Sequence record: MZ475892.1
Length of the DNA: 64,000 nucleotides
Strand: one strand, 5' to 3'
Positions 34,526 through 42,263 of this stretch are shown in pieces. Each line of letters opens with the position of its first letter. The first letter of the stretch is position 1. The translations under genes and the position numbers were made by a program. The notes under the pieces were generated by a model. That model was given only the letters and a program-made list of their open reading frames with translations. It was not told the DNA's origin and did no database searches.

Positions 34526-35671
34526 ATGACTAATTCATCTCTGCCTTTCGTTTCTTGGTTCGAACGTGACAACTATTTTGATGACATGCTTGAGCGCCTC
34601 GATCTCAAACGTCTCTGGGGCTATGTTGAAAAGAACAACGTGGTCAACAAGACTAAATACAATCTGCCTAACCTCACTGCCTACCACACTACCGAGCACA
34701 TGAAAGAAGTTGCGTGCATCGCGTCCTCCCTACTGCACCGCGAGTCGAACCACGACTGGCAGATTCGTCTGATGGAATATCCGTTAGTCGTCGCGTGCCT
34801 TTTCCACGATATGAATCACAGTCTGGGTAAATATACTGATGACGTGAACATCAACCATGCGCTCGTTGCGTTTAATGACTATCTTAATAGCAAAGATGAG
34901 AATCAGGGCAACGACAAGCTGCTGTTTGAATATCGCGATCAGATCTGTGCGCTGATTCGTTGCACCCAATTCCCGTTCCATGACTCACGCAAGCCAACTA
35001 ACCTGATGGAGCGCTGCATTCGTGATGCGGATATTCTATACGGCCTGCAGGATGACGCAATGCCTGCTGTTGTGATTGGTCTACTGGATGAAGTGAACGT
35101 TCGTTTGGCTCCAGAAAGCAAATACTCCACCGCACAGTGGGTGGCAGGTCGCATTGAGTTCCTGTTGTCCTGTGAGATGTTCACCGAAACTGCTAACAAA
35201 ATCTTCTGTGATGCTCTCAGCACCAACAGTCCAAACTATCACGGAAATGTGCTGCAATCTTTCCTTGAGATGAAAGTGCGGCTGATCGATGTTCGTGCAG
35301 GTAAGTTACGTGGTGGCGATGTTATCTGGACAGACACAGAGAACGACTCAACCTATCGTCCACGCCAAATCAGAAACATCGGCAACGAAGCGCTGCCAGA
35401 CGTTAACGTGTATTTTACTGACGGTCAGGCTTGCGGCTATCGTAGCGGGGAGACCGTTCAGTTGCTGCCTAATACAGAGATGGTAAAGCTCGAAGACATT
35501 GTAGTTGGCGACATTATTCTTGAGCCTGCACAGGGTGAAGTGAAGCGCGATCTACATCGCATCGTAAACATCGCTAACGCCGGCCTGCACGAGAGCGTGC
35601 TTTATCTCGAAAATGGCGGTGTGTTTACGTCAGCGCCCAAAGGCCGTGTCTGTCGTGTAGTCAGCAAATAA
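34526..35671 (+). CDS. HD-domain phosphohydrolase with two C-terminal KOW/SH3-like repeats
   Basis: YHTTEH, LFHDMNH, IRCT, IRDADIL; C-terminal repeats LRGGDVI..FTDG and IVVGDII..LENG. Confidence 0.8.
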   Translation: MTNSSLPFVSWFERDNYFDDMLERLDLKRLWGYVEKNNVVNKTKYNLPNLTAYHTTEHMKEVACIASSLLHRESNHDWQIRLMEYPLVVACLFHDMNHSLGKYTDDVNINHALVAFNDYLNSKDENQGNDKLLFEYRDQICALIRCTQFPFHDSRKPTNLMERCIRDADILYGLQDDAMPAVVIGLLDEVNVRLAPESKYSTAQWVAGRIEFLLSCEMFTETANKIFCDALSTNSPNYHGNVLQSFLEMKVRLIDVRAGKLRGGDVIWTDTENDSTYRPRQIRNIGNEALPDVNVYFTDGQACGYRSGETVQLLPNTEMVKLEDIVVGDIILEPAQGEVKRDLHRIVNIANAGLHESVLYLENGGVFTSAPKGRVCRVVSK

Positions 35672-35716
35672 CTGGACGAAATAAGGCTACTCTGCTTAGG
35701 CTGCTTATGCTATAAT
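35664..35716 (+). promoter_or_regulatory. Box promoter 7
   Basis: GCAAATAAC-TGGACG-AAAT, 32-nt spacer, TGC-TATAAT. Confidence 0.75.
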
Positions 35717-35758
35717 ATGCGTGAGCAGTCATTTATCATATTCTCAAGGGAGAAACGT

Positions 35759-36433
35759 ATGTACAGATCATTCAATCCAGATATGACAGGCAAGTTTTTC
35801 GTAATCGAACACAGCTTTAAAATTCAAAACATCTTTTGGATGGGCTTCAAAACGATTGATGGCAGAGAAATCATTTTGCCTATTCCTGCACGTGACGCAC
35901 AGAGTGGTTATCGTGTTGGCCGAGAAGCGGCCTTCCCTGTAATTCGCTCCAACATTAATACGAACGCTGACCCAGATTCAGACGTCTTGTTCGAACATAC
36001 GGTAGGCATCTTGCATATGCGAGCACGCCGTTTCGAAACTCAGATCATGACGCGCACTGCCGTCTCTTATACTGGCTTGCTGCCTGACCTCCGTATGGCA
36101 AAAGAGGGCGAGCGCTATGTTACGCCTCTTAATTCGTTTGAAGGTCCTCTTATTCCTGCACTGAGTCGTCGTCTTACTCATTTCTGCGAAGAAACGCCGA
36201 TGCTGCACAGTTCTTTCCTTGAGACGTTCTCTGACGAAGAGTGGTCGAAACTGAAAGCCGCACCTGTATCAATCAATGATTGGCATAGTGTTTCTAACTC
36301 TATTCGTGAGGGTAAGCTAAAGCCTACAGTTAATATCCCAGACTTCTATCTGTCTACCCGTAAAGAAGATACGACAATACCGTCAGACGTTATCGAATAT
36401 TACGCCGAAGCTAACGCACGAGGTGACATATAG
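35759..36433 (+). CDS. Hypothetical protein
   Basis: AAGGGAG RBS in a hairpin before ATG 35759. Confidence 0.75.
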   Translation: MYRSFNPDMTGKFFVIEHSFKIQNIFWMGFKTIDGREIILPIPARDAQSGYRVGREAAFPVIRSNINTNADPDSDVLFEHTVGILHMRARRFETQIMTRTAVSYTGLLPDLRMAKEGERYVTPLNSFEGPLIPALSRRLTHFCEETPMLHSSFLETFSDEEWSKLKAAPVSINDWHSVSNSIREGKLKPTVNIPDFYLSTRKEDTTIPSDVIEYYAEANARGDI

Positions 36434-36666
36434 TGAGCAACGTCATACATCAAACGTCCGAGACTGTCTTCTACGTTCTTGGTGCTGTAACCCTTCTTGC
36501 TCACCTTGTGGGCTTCGTTAAGAATTGGCTCAAGATTCATGAGATGCGCCAGAAGCGCCGCGATAAACTCGCAAAAGCTAAAACTCCGCACGAAAAGATG
36601 CAACGCCGTCTGGGTAAAGCTCGGCGCGATGCTCTGCTTTATAAACCTCGCAAAGTAAGGAATTGA
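36433..36666 (+). CDS. Small membrane-anchored basic protein
   Basis: One TM segment and a K/R-rich tail. Confidence 0.6.
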   Translation: MSNVIHQTSETVFYVLGAVTLLAHLVGFVKNWLKIHEMRQKRRDKLAKAKTPHEKMQRRLGKARRDALLYKPRKVRN

Positions 36667-36668
36667 TT

Positions 36669-36971
36669 ATGTCTTCTGATTTACGCCGCAAGCTCATGGC
36701 TGTGCTTGACAAGATGTTTGAGCACAAGTCTGAAAACAATCTCGCAGACGACACGGCCTACTCCGTACCTCGTTCTGAGTTCTCTATGATTGCACCTGAG
36801 AGTGCTGCTGAGAAATGCGCGGTCATTACAGAGATTCTGCGTGATGGCCACATCATCAATCTGTACGGTCCGTATGCGGTTACTGTTAGTCGTGACAGTG
36901 AAGGCCAACAGGTGTTTGTGTTCGTCCGCGTCCCAGACTATCAAGACATTGTTGCTGTGGAGAAACTGTGA
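36669..36971 (+). CDS. Hypothetical protein
   Basis: AAGG RBS. Confidence 0.7.
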   Translation: MSSDLRRKLMAVLDKMFEHKSENNLADDTAYSVPRSEFSMIAPESAAEKCAVITEILRDGHIINLYGPYAVTVSRDSEGQQVFVFVRVPDYQDIVAVEKL

Positions 36972-37519
36972 TGGAACAGATCGACATGTTCTACCAAGAT
37001 CAGCCTCAGCAAACAACAACGCGTGCTGAATACTATAACCCGCACATCTCAGAAGAAGATCGTCTTCGCCAGTGGCGCTATGTGCAAGCTGCATTCGGTG
37101 GCGGGCCTGCAGGTAGTCCTATTCGTGTTGAGAAGATGCCGAAAGACATTACCAACATTCATGAGTTCATCATTGTGCCTAACGAGAAACAGCGTAAGGA
37201 AATGAATGAACTCATGGGAGATCCCCAAGACCCGTCCGACCAGAAGTATCTGACGATGCTGTACACGTACACGACAAAAGTCGGTATGATGGTACGCTCG
37301 TTCCAAGAGCTGGCTGAACGTGGTGGCCCTATGGGTTGTCTCAACGTGTTCACTACAACGAACATCTATGAGTCTCGCCTGCTTGTGTTCTGGAATAAGA
37401 ACCCTCTCGAAGATCAAGAGGAGTACACACAGTGGCTTGACCACATTCGCGGAAACTTCAACAAGAAGTCCCGACGCTTCTATGAGATTTCCTCAGAGCG
37501 TGAACTTTACTCAGCATAA
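36971..37519 (+). CDS. Hypothetical protein
   Basis: TGATG coupling. Confidence 0.75.
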   Translation: MEQIDMFYQDQPQQTTTRAEYYNPHISEEDRLRQWRYVQAAFGGGPAGSPIRVEKMPKDITNIHEFIIVPNEKQRKEMNELMGDPQDPSDQKYLTMLYTYTTKVGMMVRSFQELAERGGPMGCLNVFTTTNIYESRLLVFWNKNPLEDQEEYTQWLDHIRGNFNKKSRRFYEISSERELYSA

Positions 37520-37556
37520 TTCATTTTGGCCTTGCGGGGCCAATTAGGAGAACATC

Positions 37557-38948
37557 ATGATTTTCGATCTGCGCAAAAGTTTGGCCATGGTTCGTACCGT
37601 AATCGATGACCAAGTAATCTATAACTTCTACAACATGATTGGCCGCGATATGCAACTGCCCGGTACTACTCTCAAAGAGATTATCGACGTGCAGCGTAAG
37701 GGCGAACTGTGCACCAACATCATGTGGGGTACTCAGAAGATGGAGTATCGCACACTCAGATTCGATGAGCGTGGTGATCTTCTCTTAGACGTGACCGTTG
37801 GTCCGCATTGCTACGCACGGCTCTCTTACGATCAGATTGAACACTATGGGCGCAAAGAGTTTAAGGCTATTAACTGCATCGAGATCGATAGCTACCTCGC
37901 CCGTGACATTAGAGCGCATCTTCGCGCAGTGGGCCAAACTGAGCCTAAGCTCGAATGGTATGACAACGTGTCGGATGATGAACTGAAGGACGCTCTACTT
38001 TCAGTTGGTCACATGGGACCTCTGGCTTATGAAGGTAAATCTCGTAACCAGTTAGAGGACATGTTTGAGAAATTCCAGCGTAAGCACGATGCAGAATACA
38101 AGTACACGCACGCGCATATTGGCTTAGACCCAGACGAAAAGCTGCCTGCTGATTTGTATGAAGATGAGGCACGCTCAATCACTCGTCGTTCTTTTGCTCC
38201 TCAGAAGACTGTCGATATGATGATCACTGAGATCTCAAACGTGATGCGCATGTTCGATATCTGGGATTCAGCGCCGACATCCGAGACGCATGAGTGGTCA
38301 ATGCAGGAGGCGTACATGGCCTTCTATAACAGCTTAGTGATTGATAGCGATGGCAGCCGTCTGCGTGAACTGAAAGATAATCCACAGTTCGCTATCAACT
38401 TCATCTACGGCATGGCGGCAGACCTGAATTGGATTCACATCAACGAGATGACCGAAGACTATCGTGGCTCGGTTGTGAATCGCATCCTGCAGGAGATTGC
38501 TGTTGAGATCAGCACCTCTGATGATTACTGCACGACGGAGCACGGCATCGCTCTTATTAAGAAAGAAGAAGAGACAGAAGAAGAGGAGGAGGATGCTTCT
38601 GAGCCCGTCTCCATCGAAAAGAAAAAGAAGAAAGGCTTCCCGGATATTCGCTCAGTAGAAGAGGTGAACTATGACGCACTGCATATCATCGAGATTACAT
38701 ACAAACTGCCCAAGCAGCCTAAGCTGCGCACTAAGCTAGACGTACTGCAATCTCGTGAGTGCTATCTTGAGCACTTCTTCGGTTGTTTGAAAGAAAATGA
38801 TTGGCATAGATTAGACAATATCACTAATCTTGACCTGCGCCGTATTGTTGGTGCTGTTACTAAATCTAATGGTGGTAGATTCAGCCACAACGCCCTGTTA
38901 AACATAATTAAACGTGCAGCTAAGAAACTGGCTGCCACTGAGTTCTAA
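37557..38948 (+). CDS. Hypothetical protein with an HeH-like module and an E tract
   Basis: AGGAGA RBS; YDNVSDDELKDALL..KSRNQLEDMF. Confidence 0.8.
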   Translation: MIFDLRKSLAMVRTVIDDQVIYNFYNMIGRDMQLPGTTLKEIIDVQRKGELCTNIMWGTQKMEYRTLRFDERGDLLLDVTVGPHCYARLSYDQIEHYGRKEFKAINCIEIDSYLARDIRAHLRAVGQTEPKLEWYDNVSDDELKDALLSVGHMGPLAYEGKSRNQLEDMFEKFQRKHDAEYKYTHAHIGLDPDEKLPADLYEDEARSITRRSFAPQKTVDMMITEISNVMRMFDIWDSAPTSETHEWSMQEAYMAFYNSLVIDSDGSRLRELKDNPQFAINFIYGMAADLNWIHINEMTEDYRGSVVNRILQEIAVEISTSDDYCTTEHGIALIKKEEETEEEEEDASEPVSIEKKKKKGFPDIRSVEEVNYDALHIIEITYKLPKQPKLRTKLDVLQSRECYLEHFFGCLKENDWHRLDNITNLDLRRIVGAVTKSNGGRFSHNALLNIIKRAAKKLAATEF

Positions 38949-38981
38949 CCGCTATTATACCTAACATTGTAGGGAACCAAA

Positions 38982-39404
38982 ATGAATTTCAATCCAAACA
39001 TCATTGTTGTTGATCGTGTTGTTGTCATGGCCACCAAAGAGACCACAGACAAGTGGGCTGTTGCTGCAAAGCAAGATCGTGACAACGCACAGTTCGGTAT
39101 GGCTTTATTGCACGCGGAGCTTCAACGCAAAATCAGTAGCACGCTGCGTAACGCCAACCCTGAATCGATGTTCCGTCCAGAGATATTCTGGGCGGACTAC
39201 GGCCCGCTCTCCGTTAGCGGCTTCATGTATATTGAGAGCAGTGCGGACGAAGAAGTGTTGAATCAGGCAGATGACCGCGATTACCTGTGCCATCTTGAAG
39301 CGATCAAAAACATCGCCGCATCTATGGGACACACCGTTGTTATTCAGCGTGTGAAAGCCCAGTTCCCTATTGTTGATACTCGCGTACCTGTTGCTTATGC
39401 CTAA
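38982..39404 (+). CDS. Hypothetical protein
   Basis: AGGGA RBS. Confidence 0.7.
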   Translation: MNFNPNIIVVDRVVVMATKETTDKWAVAAKQDRDNAQFGMALLHAELQRKISSTLRNANPESMFRPEIFWADYGPLSVSGFMYIESSADEEVLNQADDRDYLCHLEAIKNIAASMGHTVVIQRVKAQFPIVDTRVPVAYA

Positions 39405-39414
39405 GAGGTGACCT

Positions 39415-39711
39415 ATGTCTGAACAAACTCAATTGCCTGGCCAAGTCGTTATCGTTTGTGTTATGCAGGAATCTGATTCTTTCATGGGTCAGAAGTTTGA
39501 TGGCTATGTGTACTTGCTTAATCCAGAACACAAAGAGATGTTTGAACGTCACCTGCAGGCGCACAAAAGTCGTGAGAACTATTCACACATTATCAGCCAC
39601 GCTAATCACTATATAACTAGCACGGGCTTCGATGCGCTTCATGCTGCTATACGCAAAGATGCAAACAGACCCTGGCTGTGGTCAGATACTGATTACACGA
39701 TAACTGCATAA
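39415..39711 (+). CDS. Hypothetical protein
   Basis: GAGGT RBS. Confidence 0.7.
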   Translation: MSEQTQLPGQVVIVCVMQESDSFMGQKFDGYVYLLNPEHKEMFERHLQAHKSRENYSHIISHANHYITSTGFDALHAAIRKDANRPWLWSDTDYTITA

Positions 39712-39758
39712 ATCTGGACAAAATAGAGGTAGCTAGAAAAAGCTGCCCCTGATATACT
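39706..39758 (+). promoter_or_regulatory. Box promoter 8
   Basis: GCATAAATC-TGGACA-AAAT, 32-nt spacer, TGA-TATACT. Confidence 0.8.
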
Positions 39759-39786
39759 AAAAGCGTAGCTTGTGCTGCGCTTTTTT
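39759..39786 (+). terminator. Terminator overlapping the start site of box promoter 8
   Basis: AAAAGCGTAGC-TTGT-GCTGCGCTTTTTT. Confidence 0.65.
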
Positions 39787-39811
39787 ACTTTCTGTCTGAG
39801 GAGACAACAAA

Positions 39812-40267
39812 ATGAAACCAATCAAAGCAACTGAGGCTGATAAAGCGCTTCAAAACGAATGTATGGACGCTGTTGCTCAGTGTATTATCCTGAACACACC
39901 CGACTGGCGCGATGTAGCGATTGCAGGTTTGCGCCTGTATCTGGTTGCAGCAAAGATGAGCGGCGCGGAAATCCCGTGTATGCAATTCGAACATAACGGC
40001 AAGCCGTGCCGTTTGTCGTTCAAGATGAACCTTGTTGATGAAGGCGAAGAGTTCACTCCGAACGAAGTGAACCAAGCGCACCAGCAAGAAATGATCGAAT
40101 GCATTCTTGCTAAGACCGAAGCGCTCGGCGGTTACAGTTACTTTGATTTGTTCGTTTGCTCAGGCCGCCTATTTATGATTGGCTTCGACGGTATGGCCGA
40201 CACCGTTCCTGCTCTGATGTTCCGCTCAGACAAAAAGAACTACCGCGTTAACTTGATCAACGGATAA
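39812..40267 (+). CDS. Hypothetical protein
   Basis: GAGGAG RBS in a hairpin. Confidence 0.8.
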   Translation: MKPIKATEADKALQNECMDAVAQCIILNTPDWRDVAIAGLRLYLVAAKMSGAEIPCMQFEHNGKPCRLSFKMNLVDEGEEFTPNEVNQAHQQEMIECILAKTEALGGYSYFDLFVCSGRLFMIGFDGMADTVPALMFRSDKKNYRVNLING

Positions 40268-40270
40268 GCT

Positions 40271-40453
40271 GTGAAGACCACCAACGACCTGATTAAAGAA
40301 TTAAAGCAACATCGTGTTATCATCATTGAAGAACACGACAAGCATATTCTGCCTGACCTGACATTCGCCCTGAGTTGCTTATGCATCGATCATACTAAGC
40401 GTGTGGTCGAAACAAAGCGTAGTGCTCAGGCAACCAAAATCAAACTCGCATGA
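40271..40453 (+). CDS. Hypothetical protein
   Basis: GTG start, 60 aa. Confidence 0.55.
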   Translation: MKTTNDLIKELKQHRVIIIEEHDKHILPDLTFALSCLCIDHTKRVVETKRSAQATKIKLA

Positions 40454-40460
40454 GGTTACT

Positions 40461-40898
40461 ATGAAATTTGATCAAGCACCAACGAAAGCACAACTCGTGC
40501 TGCTGGCCCTCGCTCTCGAATCCGTTCTCCTCTCTATGGAGAAAACGTTTATCAACCGTAATCTGCTGGAGCAGTTACTTGCGAAGTACGGCATCTCGTT
40601 TAACGATCTGAAAGAGTTGCGAGAGTACGGCGAAAAGCATTCCGCCATCGGTACCAGCGTTGCTCAAGTTATGGAGATAGCTGCCTTGCATGTGGCTCAT
40701 CTGAAAACAGAACCTGTGCCTGAATACAGTCAAGACGACCTTGATCTAATTCGCGTAGAATACGAGCCAATCGATACGTCTGTCCTACGCCAGGGCGCTG
40801 TGAATGATGGGGTTATCACAGTGCAGCAAGCAGCCACTTTTGAGCGCGATCAGATACTGACTGCTATTCTTGAGTACCGACTGCGCTCAGAAGCATAA
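40461..40898 (+). CDS. Hypothetical protein
   Basis: GAGGT RBS. Confidence 0.75.
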   Translation: MKFDQAPTKAQLVLLALALESVLLSMEKTFINRNLLEQLLAKYGISFNDLKELREYGEKHSAIGTSVAQVMEIAALHVAHLKTEPVPEYSQDDLDLIRVEYEPIDTSVLRQGAVNDGVITVQQAATFERDQILTAILEYRLRSEA

Positions 40899-40945
40899 AT
40901 CTGGACAAAATCGTGGTTGTAGCAAAAACCGTCCTATGTTATAAT
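40893..40945 (+). promoter_or_regulatory. Box promoter 9
   Basis: GCATAAATC-TGGACA-AAAT, 32-nt spacer, TGT-TATAAT; TTGTAG at the -35 position. Confidence 0.8.
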
Positions 40946-40951
40946 AGAGAT

Positions 40952-41071
40952 GTAGCGTAGACGTGAGGTATGCGCTATAAATTGAATGACGCGTTTTTGC
41001 TTGACTGTAAGGTAGCGGTATCTTACAGTCCTTTTTCAAGTGGCTTCGAAGTTTGAGGCTTCTTGCGAAAG
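40952..41071 (+). ncRNA. Candidate structured RNA / leader, copy 1
   Basis: GACTGTAAG-N10-CTTACAGTC-CTTTTT, plus a 5' GTGA-loop hairpin and a downstream hairpin. Confidence 0.45.
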
Positions 41072-41154
41072 GTCAAATGTACCTTTGAGCGTTTTCGGAT
41101 TTACGCGGTTTTCACCGACTGCGCTCTCACTTTAAACCGCAAAGGAAATACATC

Positions 41155-41976
41155 ATGCCAGAAGCACGCAAACCTCGCCCAGCTGATCGTTTCGCTAAAG
41201 CCCGTGCAGAGAAAAACTCACCGGAGCGTCAAGATGCGGCAGCCCAGCGCACGTATAAAGACACTCCGCCTAAATCTGTTCAGGTGAAACTTGATGCTGT
41301 GGCAGCTTCTAAGAAGAAAGTTTCTCGCGGCCCCAAGGCCTCTCGTCCACGTCAGTCGCCTGCTGTTGACGCAGCACCAAAGCCTCGCATTCGTGATGAG
41401 GAACGTGTGTACAATCTCGTACACATGATTCTCTCTGCGTGGAAAGCCGATGCAGAAAACGCGGCAGCAAGTGTGGGAATCATTAAAGTGTCTCGTCGTA
41501 AGATTGAGGGTGCGTTACGCGATCTCAAGAATACGCGCTTCACTAAAATCCCAGGCTTAATCAATGACGTGCTTGTCTACAATGAACTGGTAGCTGAGTT
41601 CGGACAGTGGGTGTACGTCGAGCACGACAGTCCTGATTGGATTTTTGTGCGCCTGCCTGAAAACAGCACGCCTGTGATTCGCGCTGACATTAGCTATGCC
41701 AAGACGGGTGAAACTTCCACGTCTGTTTCGACTTCTAGTGAAGTTCTGCTGAAAGATCTTAGCGAAGACGAAGAAGATGAGATCCCCGAGAATGTCGAGT
41801 ACGACGATGCGGACGAGACTGACGAAGACGAAGAGGAGCCGTATGACTACAGCGCTTGGTCTCTGCGTGACCTGCAGGAGTATGCGAAGCGCTATGACTT
41901 CTTGCAGCCCGACACTGAGGGGTTCGATGATCGCGAGAAGTTGATAGCAGCCATCGAGCTGGGGGAACAGCACTAA
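41155..41976 (+). CDS. Basic-tail / acidic-tract protein with a C-terminal HeH-like module
   Basis: R/K/A/P-rich N-terminus, D/E tract, YSAWSLRDLQEYAK..DREKLIAAI. Confidence 0.8.
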   Translation: MPEARKPRPADRFAKARAEKNSPERQDAAAQRTYKDTPPKSVQVKLDAVAASKKKVSRGPKASRPRQSPAVDAAPKPRIRDEERVYNLVHMILSAWKADAENAAASVGIIKVSRRKIEGALRDLKNTRFTKIPGLINDVLVYNELVAEFGQWVYVEHDSPDWIFVRLPENSTPVIRADISYAKTGETSTSVSTSSEVLLKDLSEDEEDEIPENVEYDDADETDEDEEEPYDYSAWSLRDLQEYAKRYDFLQPDTEGFDDREKLIAAIELGEQH

Positions 41977-42030
41977 GCACAAATATGGACAAAATAGTGG
42001 TAGCATCTAAAGCATGACCTGTGCTACACT
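41977..42030 (+). promoter_or_regulatory. Box promoter 10
   Basis: GCACAAATA-TGGACA-AAAT, 33-nt spacer, TGC-TACACT. Confidence 0.75.
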
Positions 42031-42036
42031 ATAGAT

Positions 42037-42120
42037 CGAATGCCTTGTAGTTTTTTGACTGTGAGTTACTTTCCGGCTCACAGTCCTTTTTAAAGTGCTC
42101 TCCCAAGAACGCTTTAAAAA
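42037..42120 (+). ncRNA. Candidate structured RNA, copy 2
   Basis: GACTGTGAG-N11-CTCACAGTC-CTTTTT, covarying with copy 1, then an 11-bp hairpin; no RBS-led ORF; lies between two promoters. Confidence 0.5.
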
Positions 42121-42149
42121 GCACAGACTGCCTGCGCTTTTGATAGACA

Positions 42150-42202
42150 GCATAAATCTGGACAAAATCATGGTTGTATCAGAATGCTGCCTGTCATACA
42201 CT
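42150..42202 (+). promoter_or_regulatory. Box promoter 11
   Basis: GCATAAATC-TGGACA-AAAT, 32-nt spacer, TACACT; TTGTAT at the -35 position. Confidence 0.75.
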
Positions 42203-42263
42203 TTAATGAGTCGAGCAATAGTGCTCGCAACAAACTAAATCCCAATACTGAGGAGTATTACAC

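Noticed and set aside
40971-41057. 28-aa ORF (MRYKLNDAFLL..) across RNA hairpin copy 1 and a 17-aa ORF across copy 2, as leader peptides
   Set aside because: The SD is too close or absent, and the reading frame across the stem is not conserved between copies; conservation is at the base-pair level.
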